NCBI GenBank assembly: GCA_947584535.1
Contig: CANPWO010000002.1
Coordinates: 12,784 to 76,783, forward strand
Length of the DNA stretch: 64,000 nucleotides
Direction: 5' to 3'
From: an uncultured Clostridia bacterium
GTDB taxonomy: Bacteria > Bacillota > Clostridia > TANB77 > CAG-465
Made by a program: the position numbers and the translations under genes. Positions 9,995-20,035 of the stretch are shown here, piece after piece. Position 1 is the first letter of the stretch. Every line of letters begins with the position of its first letter. Under the pieces are notes generated by a model. That model saw only the letters and a list, made by a program, of their open reading frames with translations, ran no database searches and was not told the DNA's origin.

Positions 9995-10947
9995 TTGAAT
10001 TACTTTCAAGGGAATATGGTGTAAAGGATTTGTGTGATTTAATGGGAGTAAGCCGTTCAGGATATTATAAGTGGAAAAATCACGAAAAGACAGATAGAGA
10101 TTATAATAGAGATGAGATGATAGAAATAGTAAAGCAAGTGCATGAAGAACATCCATCTCACGGTCATAGATGGGTGAATGCGTATATAAAAATAAATTAT
10201 AACAAAAAATATAGCGATGGTTACATTTATAAAGCATTTAAATATCTAGGAATAAAAGCAGAAAGCAAACATCAAGTGCATTATAAACCAAGAAAGGTAA
10301 AAGATAAGTATCAAAATTTAATATTTACAACATGGGAAACAGTAGATAGACCAAGACAGGTTATAGTATCAGATATGACAGCATTTAAAGTATGGTATTT
10401 CTATATAGAAGTTACGTTCTATTTTGACGTATTTACAAAACAAATATTAACATTTAAAATAGCAGAAAGGCGAGGAGATAGAAGACAATATATAGATGGC
10501 TTGAAAGACATCGTGGAACTTTTAAGAGGAAATAAAGAGCCAACAATAATACATACAGATCAAGGTTCAGTATATTCTTCAAAAGCATATAACTAATTAA
10601 TAAAAGATGAAAACATAGTAAGGTCAATGTCAAGGGCTGGGAAACCAACAGACAATCCAGTAAATGAATCTTTAAATGGATGGATAAAGGAAGAAATATA
10701 TATTGATTTTAAGCTTGAAAAATGCAGAGATAGAAATGAAATAGTTGAAATAATAAAAAGATATGTAAAGTATTATAATAGTAAAAGACCATGTTACTCG
10801 TTAGGATATGATACGCCAGATAATTACTATAGACGTTTTAAAAATGGTGAAATAGAGAAAAAGGACACTTTTTCTAAAAGAGAACTAACAGAGATACCAA
10901 AGTTTGTTCAGAAGAAAATAAAGAAAAGCGAAAACACCGAAAAATAG
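9910..10947 (+). pseudogene. IS3-family transposase OrfB (DDE), interrupted by an in-frame TAA at 10594-10596
   Basis: The -1 frame is open from 9910 (LCDLMGVSRSGYYKW, IHTDQGSVYSS, then MSRAGKPTDNPVNESLNGWIKEE). The two listed ORFs (10030-10596 and 10627-10947) share one frame separated by a stop. Confidence 0.8.
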
Positions 10948-11123
10948 CAGATTGTAAGTTGTATGTCCACTTTTAAAAAAGGAAAATTTCTAAAAAATAA
11001 ATCTGTGTCTACTTTTGGAAATAGAAAATAAATAAAAAAGTTGGCTATGTCCACTTTTAAAAATATAAAATAAAAAATAATTTTTTTCGTGTCTACTATC
11101 TTGACATAGTACATTTTTTAAAA

Positions 11124-11207
11124 AAGTGGTGCAAAAAAAGTGTAATTTGTACTAAAAAGTGGTGTCAAAAAAATGCATTTTATTCTCGAAAGTGGTGTCA
11201 AAAAAAT
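11124..11207 (+). repeat. Three direct ~19-bp repeats (AAGTGGTG(T)CAAAAAAA(G/T)TG) spaced 32-33 bp apart, upstream of ATPase paralog 2
   Basis: Copies at 11124-11142, 11157-11175 and 11189-11207; the last ends 10 nt before the -35 hexamer. Confidence 0.7.
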
Positions 11208-11216
11208 GTAAAACTA

Positions 11217-11245
11217 TTGACAAATAATATATATAATATTAAAAT
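11217..11245 (+). promoter_or_regulatory. Sigma-A-like promoter of ATPase paralog 2
   Basis: TTGACA (11217-11222), 17-nt spacer, TAAAAT (11240-11245). It is nearly identical to the promoter at 62640-62668. Confidence 0.55.
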
Positions 11246-11262
11246 AAATATAGGTGATATAA

Positions 11263-12558
11263 ATGAAAAGAAAATTTTATAATGTATTAATGGAATGGAA
11301 AAATAATAATATCGATATTCCATTAATGGTTGTTGGTGCTAGACAAATTGGAAAAACATATATAATTAATGAATTTTGCAAAAATGAATTTGACGATTAT
11401 ATTTATATAAACCTAATGGAAAAAACAAGTATTGTAAAAATCTTTGAAGAAGACTCTGATTTTGAAACTAAAGTAAAAAAATTAGAGTTAGAATTAAATA
11501 AAAAAATAATTCCAAACCAAACGATAGTATTTATAGATGAAATTCAAGAGTCAGAAAAAGCAATTAGTTCATTAAAAGCTTTTTGTGAAAGTAATATCAA
11601 ATATAGAATTATTTGTGCTGGTAGTCTCCTTGGAGTCAAAATACGAAGGTTTAACTCATCTTTTCCAGTTGGCAAGGTTCAAATTGAATTCATGCATCCA
11701 ATGGATTTTGAAGAATTTTTAATTGCACTTAATAAACAAATGTGGGTAGATGAAATTAAAAAATGTTATAACAGTATGGAAGAAATAAGCATACATGATA
11801 AATTACTAGATATGTATAGAACATATTTATGTATTGGAGGTATGCCTCAAGCTGTACTTGATTATAAAAATAAAAATGAGGATATACTTTTATGGAATAA
11901 AAACATACTTAAAAATATAGTTATTTCTTATTTAGCTGATATGAATAGATACACATTAAATAATAATGAATCAGTAAAAATAGAAAAAGTATATAATACT
12001 ATTCCATCTGCTTTAGCAAAAGAAAATAAAAGATTTAAATATGTGGATATTGAACATGGAGCAAATAAAAGAGGATTTGAAAGTGCAATTGATTGGTTAG
12101 AATCAAGTGAAATGGTATATAAATGTAAGTATATAAACAAAATTGAGCCACCTCTTAAAGTATATGCAAAAGATGATATATTTAAGTTATACATTAGTGA
12201 CATTGGAATACTTACATCATTACTAGATATAAGTTTTTCAGAAATATTATTAAACCAAAACTTTCTGTTTAAAGGTGCTATTGCAGAAAACTATGTAGCA
12301 CAAGCTTTTGTATCTAATAATATCCCTCTATATTATTGGAATTCAGGAAATAAAGCAGAAATAGATTTTTTACTATATAATAGTGATGGAATTATACCTG
12401 TAGAAGTAAAAGCAGGAGACAATACACAATCAAAAAGTTTAAATGTATTTAAAGAAAAATATAATCCAAGATATTGTATAAGAATATCTACAAAAAATTT
12501 TGGATTTAAAAACGATATAAAATCGATTCCATTATACGCAACCTTTTGCTTAAAGTAA
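11263..12558 (+). CDS. AAA+ ATPase, AAA_14/DUF4143 family, paralog 2
   Basis: Walker A GARQIGKTY, Walker B VFIDEIQ, and C-terminal AEIDFLL...IPVEVKAG. Confidence 0.85.
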   Translation: MKRKFYNVLMEWKNNNIDIPLMVVGARQIGKTYIINEFCKNEFDDYIYINLMEKTSIVKIFEEDSDFETKVKKLELELNKKIIPNQTIVFIDEIQESEKAISSLKAFCESNIKYRIICAGSLLGVKIRRFNSSFPVGKVQIEFMHPMDFEEFLIALNKQMWVDEIKKCYNSMEEISIHDKLLDMYRTYLCIGGMPQAVLDYKNKNEDILLWNKNILKNIVISYLADMNRYTLNNNESVKIEKVYNTIPSALAKENKRFKYVDIEHGANKRGFESAIDWLESSEMVYKCKYINKIEPPLKVYAKDDIFKLYISDIGILTSLLDISFSEILLNQNFLFKGAIAENYVAQAFVSNNIPLYYWNSGNKAEIDFLLYNSDGIIPVEVKAGDNTQSKSLNVFKEKYNPRYCIRISTKNFGFKNDIKSIPLYATFCLK

Positions 12559-12629
12559 CATAATTAAAAATTTCTTAAAATGTGACTACTTAAATCATTA
12601 TTAATTAAAATTTAAACAAAACATATAAA

Positions 12630-12666
12630 ATTATGCATATTGCCAAAAGATATGCATAATTTTTTA
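12630..12666 (+). terminator. Rho-independent terminator
   Basis: attatgcatat / atatgcataat 11-bp stem followed by TTTTT. Confidence 0.7.
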
Positions 12667-12778
12667 TATATATTTGACATTATGTAATCAAAATGATATA
12701 ATTAATGCATGATTTTTTATATTCGTTTTCATATTACTATATGGAACTTTATATATAATAAAAATTTAAAATATAATT

Positions 12779-14284
12779 ATGAAAGGATTGATTAAAATGA
12801 AAAAATTAATCACAATATTATTAACAATTTCTATAATGTTCTCATTTGCTATTCCTGTATTAGCAGAGGAAGAAATAAAGGTTACAGTAAATAATAATCA
12901 AATCAACTTTACTGAAAAGCCTGTACTGGAAAACGACCGGATACTTGTTCCTATTCGTGCAATAGCGGAAGATTTAATGTTTGATGTCGGCTGGGAGCCA
13001 AGCACTCAAAAAATTACACTTGAAAATTTTAATACTATTCTTACCTTGTATGTTGGGCAAGATACAATAACAAAAGAACTAATTTATGCAAGTTCCTCAT
13101 ATAAAGATAAAAATACAGTAATTAAAATAGACGTACCGGCCAAGGTAATAGACAGCAGAACATATATCCCTTTAAGAGCTATTTCAGAATTATTCGGAGC
13201 TGAAGTAGACTGGAATCAATCTACATCTACTGCTAACTTGACTTATGCTCTTACAAAAGGAGATATTGTCACATTTGAAGACGAAGGTATGGAAAAATTT
13301 TGTCGTTTAGCAATAACTTTAGGGGACATTGATGCAACTAATGCTGATAACTTCGAACAAATTAAATTGCTTGATTTTGAAACTATGCCCTCTAAATTAT
13401 ATCAGGGTCCTATATATAAAGGTGCATTAGAAAAAATAAAAACTCTTGGGATTAACTATTTTAATATTTTTGCAAAAACAGTACATTCCATAGATGATAT
13501 TTCAAAGTTTCCAAATCTTGAAAATATATATTTGAATAGTCAATATATACAAGATTTATCATCATTAACTTACAAGGAAAACTGGAAAGAAATAGATTTT
13601 ATTAATAACCCAATATTTGATTTTTCTCCACTTACTAAGATTCAAGTCGACCATTTTATAAACGTTGGATATTCAGATTATATTTTTTCGTATAATAATA
13701 CTACTTACAACAATAGTAAGAATATACCTGAATCAGAAAGAAAAAAATACGAATTATTTTCTACTAACTTAGTAAAAATATTTAATACTATGTTAAATGT
13801 AATAAAAGACGGTATAACTCCAAATATGACAAGATCTGAAAAGGTAAAAGTTATAAACGAATGGATAATAAATAATATACAGTATGATAATAATAAAGAA
13901 TTCTTTAATAATATTCCTACATTTTATACAAACGTAAATTCAGAATATTACATTGATGATAGTAATTTGATTGAATGTGCCATTTTATATCATTACGCAG
14001 TATGTCAGGGCTATTCTATAATATTTGATATTTTTTGTGATATGCTAAATATTCCAAACGCTATAATATATGGAATAGCTTCTAATGAAACACATTCATG
14101 GAATATAGTTCAATTAGAAAATGGTGATTTTTACCATATAGATACCACCTGGAACTGTAATGACAATATATATTTCCTTGTAAATGACGAATATATGGAA
14201 AAAGACCATACGTGGAATAAAGATGAAGTTCCCCAAATTATAAATGTAAAAAAAGATAGAACGTATTTTGTTAATTTTAACTAA
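12779..14284 (+). CDS. Secreted protein with copper-amine-oxidase-N-like stalk repeats, LRR-like region and transglutaminase-like Cys protease core
   Basis: Signal peptide (true start may be the ATG at 12797, with AAAGGA upstream). Two DRILVPIRAIAE / SRTYIPLRAISE repeats. C-terminal CQGYS, HSWN and HIDTTWN fit a Cys-His-Asp triad. Confidence 0.65.
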   Translation: MKGLIKMKKLITILLTISIMFSFAIPVLAEEEIKVTVNNNQINFTEKPVLENDRILVPIRAIAEDLMFDVGWEPSTQKITLENFNTILTLYVGQDTITKELIYASSSYKDKNTVIKIDVPAKVIDSRTYIPLRAISELFGAEVDWNQSTSTANLTYALTKGDIVTFEDEGMEKFCRLAITLGDIDATNADNFEQIKLLDFETMPSKLYQGPIYKGALEKIKTLGINYFNIFAKTVHSIDDISKFPNLENIYLNSQYIQDLSSLTYKENWKEIDFINNPIFDFSPLTKIQVDHFINVGYSDYIFSYNNTTYNNSKNIPESERKKYELFSTNLVKIFNTMLNVIKDGITPNMTRSEKVKVINEWIINNIQYDNNKEFFNNIPTFYTNVNSEYYIDDSNLIECAILYHYAVCQGYSIIFDIFCDMLNIPNAIIYGIASNETHSWNIVQLENGDFYHIDTTWNCNDNIYFLVNDEYMEKDHTWNKDEVPQIINVKKDRTYFVNFN

Positions 14285-14292
14285 ATAATTCT

Positions 14293-14331
14293 AAAAAACT
14301 GAGATTCATAGTTAAGAATCTCAGTTTTTTT
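14293..14331. terminator. Bidirectional terminator shared by 12779-14284 (+) and the filament operon (-)
   Basis: Perfect 10-bp stem actgagattc / gaatctcagt with an 8-nt loop, A6 upstream and T7 downstream. Confidence 0.8.
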
Positions 14332-14354
14332 ATAAATAGATATTAATATATTAT

Positions 14355-17300
14355 TTAATTAAAATCTGTAGCAGCCCTATTATCAAGATCATATAATATT
14401 ACAGTACCTTTTATATCCTGATAAACACTATCATCAATAGACCAACTACCTTTTTCAAGTTGTAAATTAACTCTAGCAGATTGTCCCGCAGTAACTCCCA
14501 TATATCCTTCATAATCCCATTGACTTGTATTTGGTATACCACTTTTAGTTTTATCATTTTGGTTATAATATGTTTCTATTGTTGGTCCTCCTGTTCTACT
14601 TTCAACACTATGCATATCATCAAACACTACACCTATATATCCATCATTTAATGGATTATTAATGTTATTATGCTCTGTTGAACCACTACAATCTACAGCA
14701 ATTGTAGAGTTAGGTAATTTAAATTCTCCAAACCAAGTTTGTATATATCCTGAATTTGACATCAGCATCATATTTGTGTTTAAAACTATTTTTTCTGACA
14801 CATTAAGTTTTTCAAGTTTATTACTTATTTTGTTTATTTCTCCACTATCAATAGGATTAAATAAACCATATCTATAACCATCATTTGGTTTAAAATATAT
14901 ACTATAACCGCTATTTACAAATTCCTTATACTTGCCAGAAGAATCTTTATAATATAATTTTATATCTTTTATATATTTTCCAGATTTAGAAACGTAATAA
15001 TATTTTGGTGTTATCTCAATTCTCTTAACAGCATTTCCACGTGTATAATATCCAGATGTACTTACGTTAAAGCTTATTCTATAACCAAGTTTAGGAGCAA
15101 AAATATATGTTGACTGAGTATTTTTATATGGACCTAATGGTAATAATGTTTTTCTATTAGCATCTTCTAACATAAACTCATTATTTCCAGAAGACATATC
15201 AGAATATACAAAATATTTTTTACCACTAAAATATACATTATTTGTATGTTGATTTACTTGACTACCACTATTGTTTTGTTTTCTAAATATATTTTTATAA
15301 GCTAAATCTGTACAATCAGTAACCATAAAGTCAAATATTCTTCCTATATTATTTGTAGTAACTTGTGTTCTTACTGCATGATTAGTAGAAGCATATAAAT
15401 CATTACGCTTTAATAAATTATCTGTAACTTGTGATGTTAATGTCCTCCTATTAGTAACAGCTGTAGTTGAACTAGATGTATCAATATATTTTCCAAAATC
15501 AAAGAAATTTCCCCAAGACATACTTCTTGCAATCCAATTAGAAAAATTTTTAAAATTTGAAGATGTTATTCTATTACTATTTGAATCAAAAACATCTCTT
15601 AATCTTGTATTATCAATTGATTTTGTAACGGCAACTACAGAAATATGATTTGAAGTTGACCATGCAGAAACATAATCTTCTGTACCAGTTGAGATACCTT
15701 TAAATTTTATATTTGAGCCTTCAACATAAACATCAGTATTAGCTTCTATAGAGTTTCCAGGATTTAAATCATCCCATCCGCCTGAGCCATTATACACTTT
15801 TGCGGTAGCTTCACCTCTATATTCTAACTTAAAATCAAAAGTAATATAGTATCCTTTTATATATCTATCAGTAGGAACATTACTATAAATAGAACCAGAA
15901 TAATTCTTACTGTTTACATCTAAAGTAAATTCTTTACCAGTTTGTAACACAGAACCCGACACATTAGAATGATTTACAGAATTTTCAGTATCTATTTTTG
16001 CATTAACTGATAATGGTGTTAAAACATTAACTCTTCTTACTTTATCTGCATTAAAGTCTCCTTCATTATCATAAGTGCTACTAAAATTAGAACTTAATTT
16101 TCCAACTTCAATACTTTTATTATTCTCAATAACATTTGAATCATTTGTATTTGTTAAAGCCTTATCAGCAGTAAAATTAGAATTTCCACCTCTAACATTA
16201 ACTTTTGAATATGTAATATCACCTTTTAACTGTCTTATACCATTTTGGTTTGATGCATTAACTGTTTGTATATTACCTGAATAATTAAAGTCATTATATG
16301 TAGTTAAATTTTGTGTACCTTTCATATAATTATCAATATTTGAAGATAAGTAATCTGATGTAGTCGAGTCTAAGGTATATTCATTACCATTTTGTGAAGA
16401 TATAGTTTTACTAATACTTTTTTCATTTCCTTTTGTTAATTCTACATTATTATCTATTTTTACAACATCATTTGTACATGTAGCTACTAATTTTAATCCT
16501 ACTGCATTTGCCACTGCAGAAGCTGATGGATTATCTCCTGCACTACTTGTGCTAGTACTACTATATTTAAAATCAGCTGTCAAAACATGATCTGTTATAG
16601 TTGCATTACTTCTACTTAAATAATCGTTACTAGTTGACAAAGTAAATGAATCGTTAGAGTTAAATAATTTTCCACCAATGTTAGAGTCACTATCATTAAC
16701 TTTTACATTAGATATTTTATATGTTATTAAATTATCTATCTTGTTATATTTATATTTAACCTTTGCAGTATATGTGTAATTGACAGATTTAGCATGTCCA
16801 GGACATGGATTTTCTTCATCACCACAATCATCATACTCCGTCCAGTTTCCTGTTAATGTAACACTTACTGTTTTATCATCACTAGATTTATAATCACTAA
16901 CTCCATAATCAATTGCCTTGATAAAATATGGCTGTGCTCCATATATATATGGAGATAACTGTTCGTTAGCTGGAATATAATCTAATTCAGTAGCAGTTCT
17001 ATCAGAACTTCTATATGTTGCACCTTTAAAATATGAACCAGTATTTATAAAATCTAATCTTCCTTCTACTTTTGGATCATGTTCATTGCTTTGTATAGAA
17101 GTGCCTGGTTTAAAATAGAAACTTATTAAATATACTCTAGTTTCGCTTAAGCTTGGGATAATTAATCCTTTATTATTTTTAGGTGCTGTTCCACTATTTA
17201 AACTTCCAATTCTTAAAGCTTCCAAATAATCGCTTCCACTTGCATATTTCATTCCAACATAATAATATTGTTTACCGTTATATGATAAAGCTGTTGTTTT

Positions 17301-18758
17301 ATTATATATATCATTCTTCAGACTAATAGTGCCAACTCCAGAGATTTTCCTTACAAATTTTTGAGGATAAGGAGCAATATCAGCAGGTTCTATTTTAGTA
17401 AAGTCTCCTATTTGTGTCTCATCTAAACTACTTTTAAAACTTTCAACTGTTGTCATTGTTGTTTGATCTATATAATTTACATATACTTGAACCTCTTTAT
17501 CTATTTTTACAACTTCTTTATAATAATATACTACTCCTAAATCGCCAGAAATTTGATTAGCACCATCAACATGGCAATTTTTAACGTTATTACCATGCCA
17601 AACTTCACTATTATTATTTGAAATATTGTAAACATAAACTTCAGCACATTCATATGTTTTTCCATTATATTGTATTTGAGCAGCAGCATTATTTCCAGAT
17701 AATGTAGTTAATCCATTTGATGTAATATACTTTTCTTGCCAACCACTTGAATCTATACTTGTATATTGATTTTCCAAAGTAGTATTACTATCATCTACTA
17801 ATTGAGTATTTGCAATACCAATTATATTTTCATTTGAATTAATTATTTTATGTGCTACAAAAACACTTCTATTTCTTGTTGGAATTGATATACGATTATC
17901 AAAATTATTTAGCACAGACTGCCCTTTAATTCCATTTTCAGCGACGTCATGCCAAGAAGTAGAATCATATGTCCATATATCTCCTTCAGGACCGAAACCA
18001 TAGTTAGAATTTGCCCACGAATTTTCCATATTACTATAAAAATCATATGCATTATTATATAATCCTGCATTACCCCATTTAGTAGCTAATATGCCACTAA
18101 AAAAAGTCTCATAAGTATTGCCAGTTCCTGCACTAACTCCAAGTTTATTATACAAAGCTTTTGTTGCTTCATTATTTAACTGGAATGTATTAATTGTAAA
18201 CCAATTATTAGTTGTTCCTTGAACATTATATAAATCATAACCATAATGCTCTTTAGTCCAACTATTCACTGTTAAAATTTCTAGTTCTAATAAATCATTA
18301 AAGCTTTTTCCAGTTATCCATGTAGGTGCCATCGCAACTTTACTTTTATAGCTCTCTAAATCATATACACCATCTGAACCCCCTCCAGTATACACATTAA
18401 ATGGTCCTTCAGAACTATAGTCATATCCAACAAATCGACTTGCTCCACTTTTTGCATCGCTATAATTTGACATATACCTATTATGGAAAGTTACACCAAC
18501 AGTCTCATATGAACCTGAGCCACCTCCAGAAGATTTAACTGCAGAATGAGACTCCACATCGGATGTGTTATTATAATTAGGACTATCCTTACTAAATGAT
18601 TTAACATAATTTGTCCATCTAAGACTCATTGTATTCTCAGAATAAGAATTTAATAATTCTGCCTTATAATACAAATCTTTTGCAAATAAAGAAGGTGCAA
18701 AAAAACATATTAAAGTTACTAATGAAAATATAATTTTGTTTATAATATTCTTTTTCAT
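14355..18758 (-). CDS. Large secreted N/S/T/Y-rich protein (1467 aa), last gene of the filament operon
   Basis: Sec-type signal peptide (MKKNIINKIIFSLVTLICFFAPSLFA). No recognisable catalytic motifs. A 9-nt gap separates it from the upstream gene. Confidence 0.7.
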   Translation of the reverse strand: MKKNIINKIIFSLVTLICFFAPSLFAKDLYYKAELLNSYSENTMSLRWTNYVKSFSKDSPNYNNTSDVESHSAVKSSGGGSGSYETVGVTFHNRYMSNYSDAKSGASRFVGYDYSSEGPFNVYTGGGSDGVYDLESYKSKVAMAPTWITGKSFNDLLELEILTVNSWTKEHYGYDLYNVQGTTNNWFTINTFQLNNEATKALYNKLGVSAGTGNTYETFFSGILATKWGNAGLYNNAYDFYSNMENSWANSNYGFGPEGDIWTYDSTSWHDVAENGIKGQSVLNNFDNRISIPTRNRSVFVAHKIINSNENIIGIANTQLVDDSNTTLENQYTSIDSSGWQEKYITSNGLTTLSGNNAAAQIQYNGKTYECAEVYVYNISNNNSEVWHGNNVKNCHVDGANQISGDLGVVYYYKEVVKIDKEVQVYVNYIDQTTMTTVESFKSSLDETQIGDFTKIEPADIAPYPQKFVRKISGVGTISLKNDIYNKTTALSYNGKQYYYVGMKYASGSDYLEALRIGSLNSGTAPKNNKGLIIPSLSETRVYLISFYFKPGTSIQSNEHDPKVEGRLDFINTGSYFKGATYRSSDRTATELDYIPANEQLSPYIYGAQPYFIKAIDYGVSDYKSSDDKTVSVTLTGNWTEYDDCGDEENPCPGHAKSVNYTYTAKVKYKYNKIDNLITYKISNVKVNDSDSNIGGKLFNSNDSFTLSTSNDYLSRSNATITDHVLTADFKYSSTSTSSAGDNPSASAVANAVGLKLVATCTNDVVKIDNNVELTKGNEKSISKTISSQNGNEYTLDSTTSDYLSSNIDNYMKGTQNLTTYNDFNYSGNIQTVNASNQNGIRQLKGDITYSKVNVRGGNSNFTADKALTNTNDSNVIENNKSIEVGKLSSNFSSTYDNEGDFNADKVRRVNVLTPLSVNAKIDTENSVNHSNVSGSVLQTGKEFTLDVNSKNYSGSIYSNVPTDRYIKGYYITFDFKLEYRGEATAKVYNGSGGWDDLNPGNSIEANTDVYVEGSNIKFKGISTGTEDYVSAWSTSNHISVVAVTKSIDNTRLRDVFDSNSNRITSSNFKNFSNWIARSMSWGNFFDFGKYIDTSSSTTAVTNRRTLTSQVTDNLLKRNDLYASTNHAVRTQVTTNNIGRIFDFMVTDCTDLAYKNIFRKQNNSGSQVNQHTNNVYFSGKKYFVYSDMSSGNNEFMLEDANRKTLLPLGPYKNTQSTYIFAPKLGYRISFNVSTSGYYTRGNAVKRIEITPKYYYVSKSGKYIKDIKLYYKDSSGKYKEFVNSGYSIYFKPNDGYRYGLFNPIDSGEINKISNKLEKLNVSEKIVLNTNMMLMSNSGYIQTWFGEFKLPNSTIAVDCSGSTEHNNINNPLNDGYIGVVFDDMHSVESRTGGPTIETYYNQNDKTKSGIPNTSQWDYEGYMGVTAGQSARVNLQLEKGSWSIDDSVYQDIKGTVILYDLDNRAATDFN

Positions 18759-18767
18759 ACTACCTCC

Positions 18768-20027
18768 TTAATTTGTTTTTATTTCATTTTTTGATATATC
18801 TAATAACATAGAGCTTATACTTTCTTGAGAAACATATACCTGTTTAGAGCCAAATACATATCCCATTTTTGCATCTATGTATACAGTATAATTATTTTTA
18901 TCATATATCTTTGTTTTCCCTATATTATCCATATATAATAAATTTTCTTTAGTATTAGCTTCTTTTACCTCAAATTCAAGTTTCATCCTAATTCTGCAAT
19001 ATCCACCATCGTTATATATACAAGGAATTTGAGCAGTTGCCTTACCCGAAATACTAATTTTATTATTTTTTACATATTGAACATATTTATTTAACTCAAC
19101 ATCTTCTACATTTCCTACAACTAAATTTTGTAATTTTTGATGTAAATCATCATATGAAATATCTTTATATGATATATTTAAAATACTATTAAAATAATCT
19201 TCTGCCGTTTTTATTGTACTTATATAATAATCTTTTCTATATGTATAAAAATCTGCTGGATTAAGAAATTCTTTTTCTTGTTCAACTTTATATGATTGCT
19301 CATAAACTTCTTTATCTACATCAGACACAATATATGGATAATCATTAGAATTGCTAGGTAAATTTTTTTCATCTGTTACAATTGTTCTTCCTAGGATTGA
19401 CAATAAATTATACTTATTTATATATTTTATTATTATTCTATTACATAATCCCTTTTTCAAAGCTTTATATGCATTTAATCTATATTTACTATTTTCTATT
19501 ATATCTTCACTTAATAAATCCAATATATATATTTTTTCATTATCATTATACTTTTTGTAATCACTTAAATTAATAGTATCTGTAGAAGAATATTCTTTAC
19601 CTAATAAATAATACTTTGCTTTTGAAATATATTGTATAATATCCATATATCTAGCACTTTTATTTATATTTTTTATATTTACTTCTTCAGGAGTTGTAAT
19701 TCCAATAGAGTATGAATAATTAAGTATTTTCTCTTCTTCATTCTTTCCCTCAGTATTTAGAATTAATTCTTCTATTTCCAAAGTATTTTTTGTAGAACAA
19801 ATTGCTAATTTTAAAGCTTCAATTTTTGTAACATTCTCATTAGGATTATTGCTTTCATTATTATACAATTTATTTAATCCATATATATTAATTTTTTCTT
19901 CATATTCTCCATATTCATATTTATCTTTAAAATTTAAGATTAATATAATACCAAATAATAAAATTACTACTATACAAGAAATTATTAATATAATTAACTT
20001 TGCTTTCTTGTTATTTTTTAACTTCAT
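18768..20027 (-). CDS. N-terminally membrane-anchored protein, paralog of 20036-21370
   Basis: One TM segment (LIILIISCIVVILLFGIILIL). It shares INIYGLNKLYNNE...VTKIEALKLAI and a C-terminal YCRIRMKLEF block with the neighbouring gene. Confidence 0.65.
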   Translation of the reverse strand: MKLKNNKKAKLIILIISCIVVILLFGIILILNFKDKYEYGEYEEKINIYGLNKLYNNESNNPNENVTKIEALKLAICSTKNTLEIEELILNTEGKNEEEKILNYSYSIGITTPEEVNIKNINKSARYMDIIQYISKAKYYLLGKEYSSTDTINLSDYKKYNDNEKIYILDLLSEDIIENSKYRLNAYKALKKGLCNRIIIKYINKYNLLSILGRTIVTDEKNLPSNSNDYPYIVSDVDKEVYEQSYKVEQEKEFLNPADFYTYRKDYYISTIKTAEDYFNSILNISYKDISYDDLHQKLQNLVVGNVEDVELNKYVQYVKNNKISISGKATAQIPCIYNDGGYCRIRMKLEFEVKEANTKENLLYMDNIGKTKIYDKNNYTVYIDAKMGYVFGSKQVYVSQESISSMLLDISKNEIKTN

Positions 20028-20035
20028 TACATCAC

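Larger units (their letters stand above)
9557..11015 (+). mobile_element. IS3-family insertion sequence (orfA/orfB with -1 frameshift), probably inactive; boundaries approximate
   Basis: orfA plus a DDE orfB. The left end aaagtagacacggat (9557-) matches the reverse complement of ctgtgtctacttt (11003-11015). Further end-like copies at 10963-10974, 11047-11058 and 11089-11100 make the right boundary ambiguous. Confidence 0.7.

Noticed and set aside
9971-11114. Minus-strand ORFs 9971-10237, 10454-10648 and 10908-11114 inside or next to the IS element.
   Set aside because: They lie antisense to the IS3 transposase frames or within its AT-rich end repeats, and they give hydrophobic low-complexity translations with no motifs.
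11124-11207. CRISPR array.
   Set aside because: There are only three ~19-bp repeats with ~13-nt spacers directly abutting a promoter. There are no cas genes and no other regularly spaced repeat array anywhere in the window.
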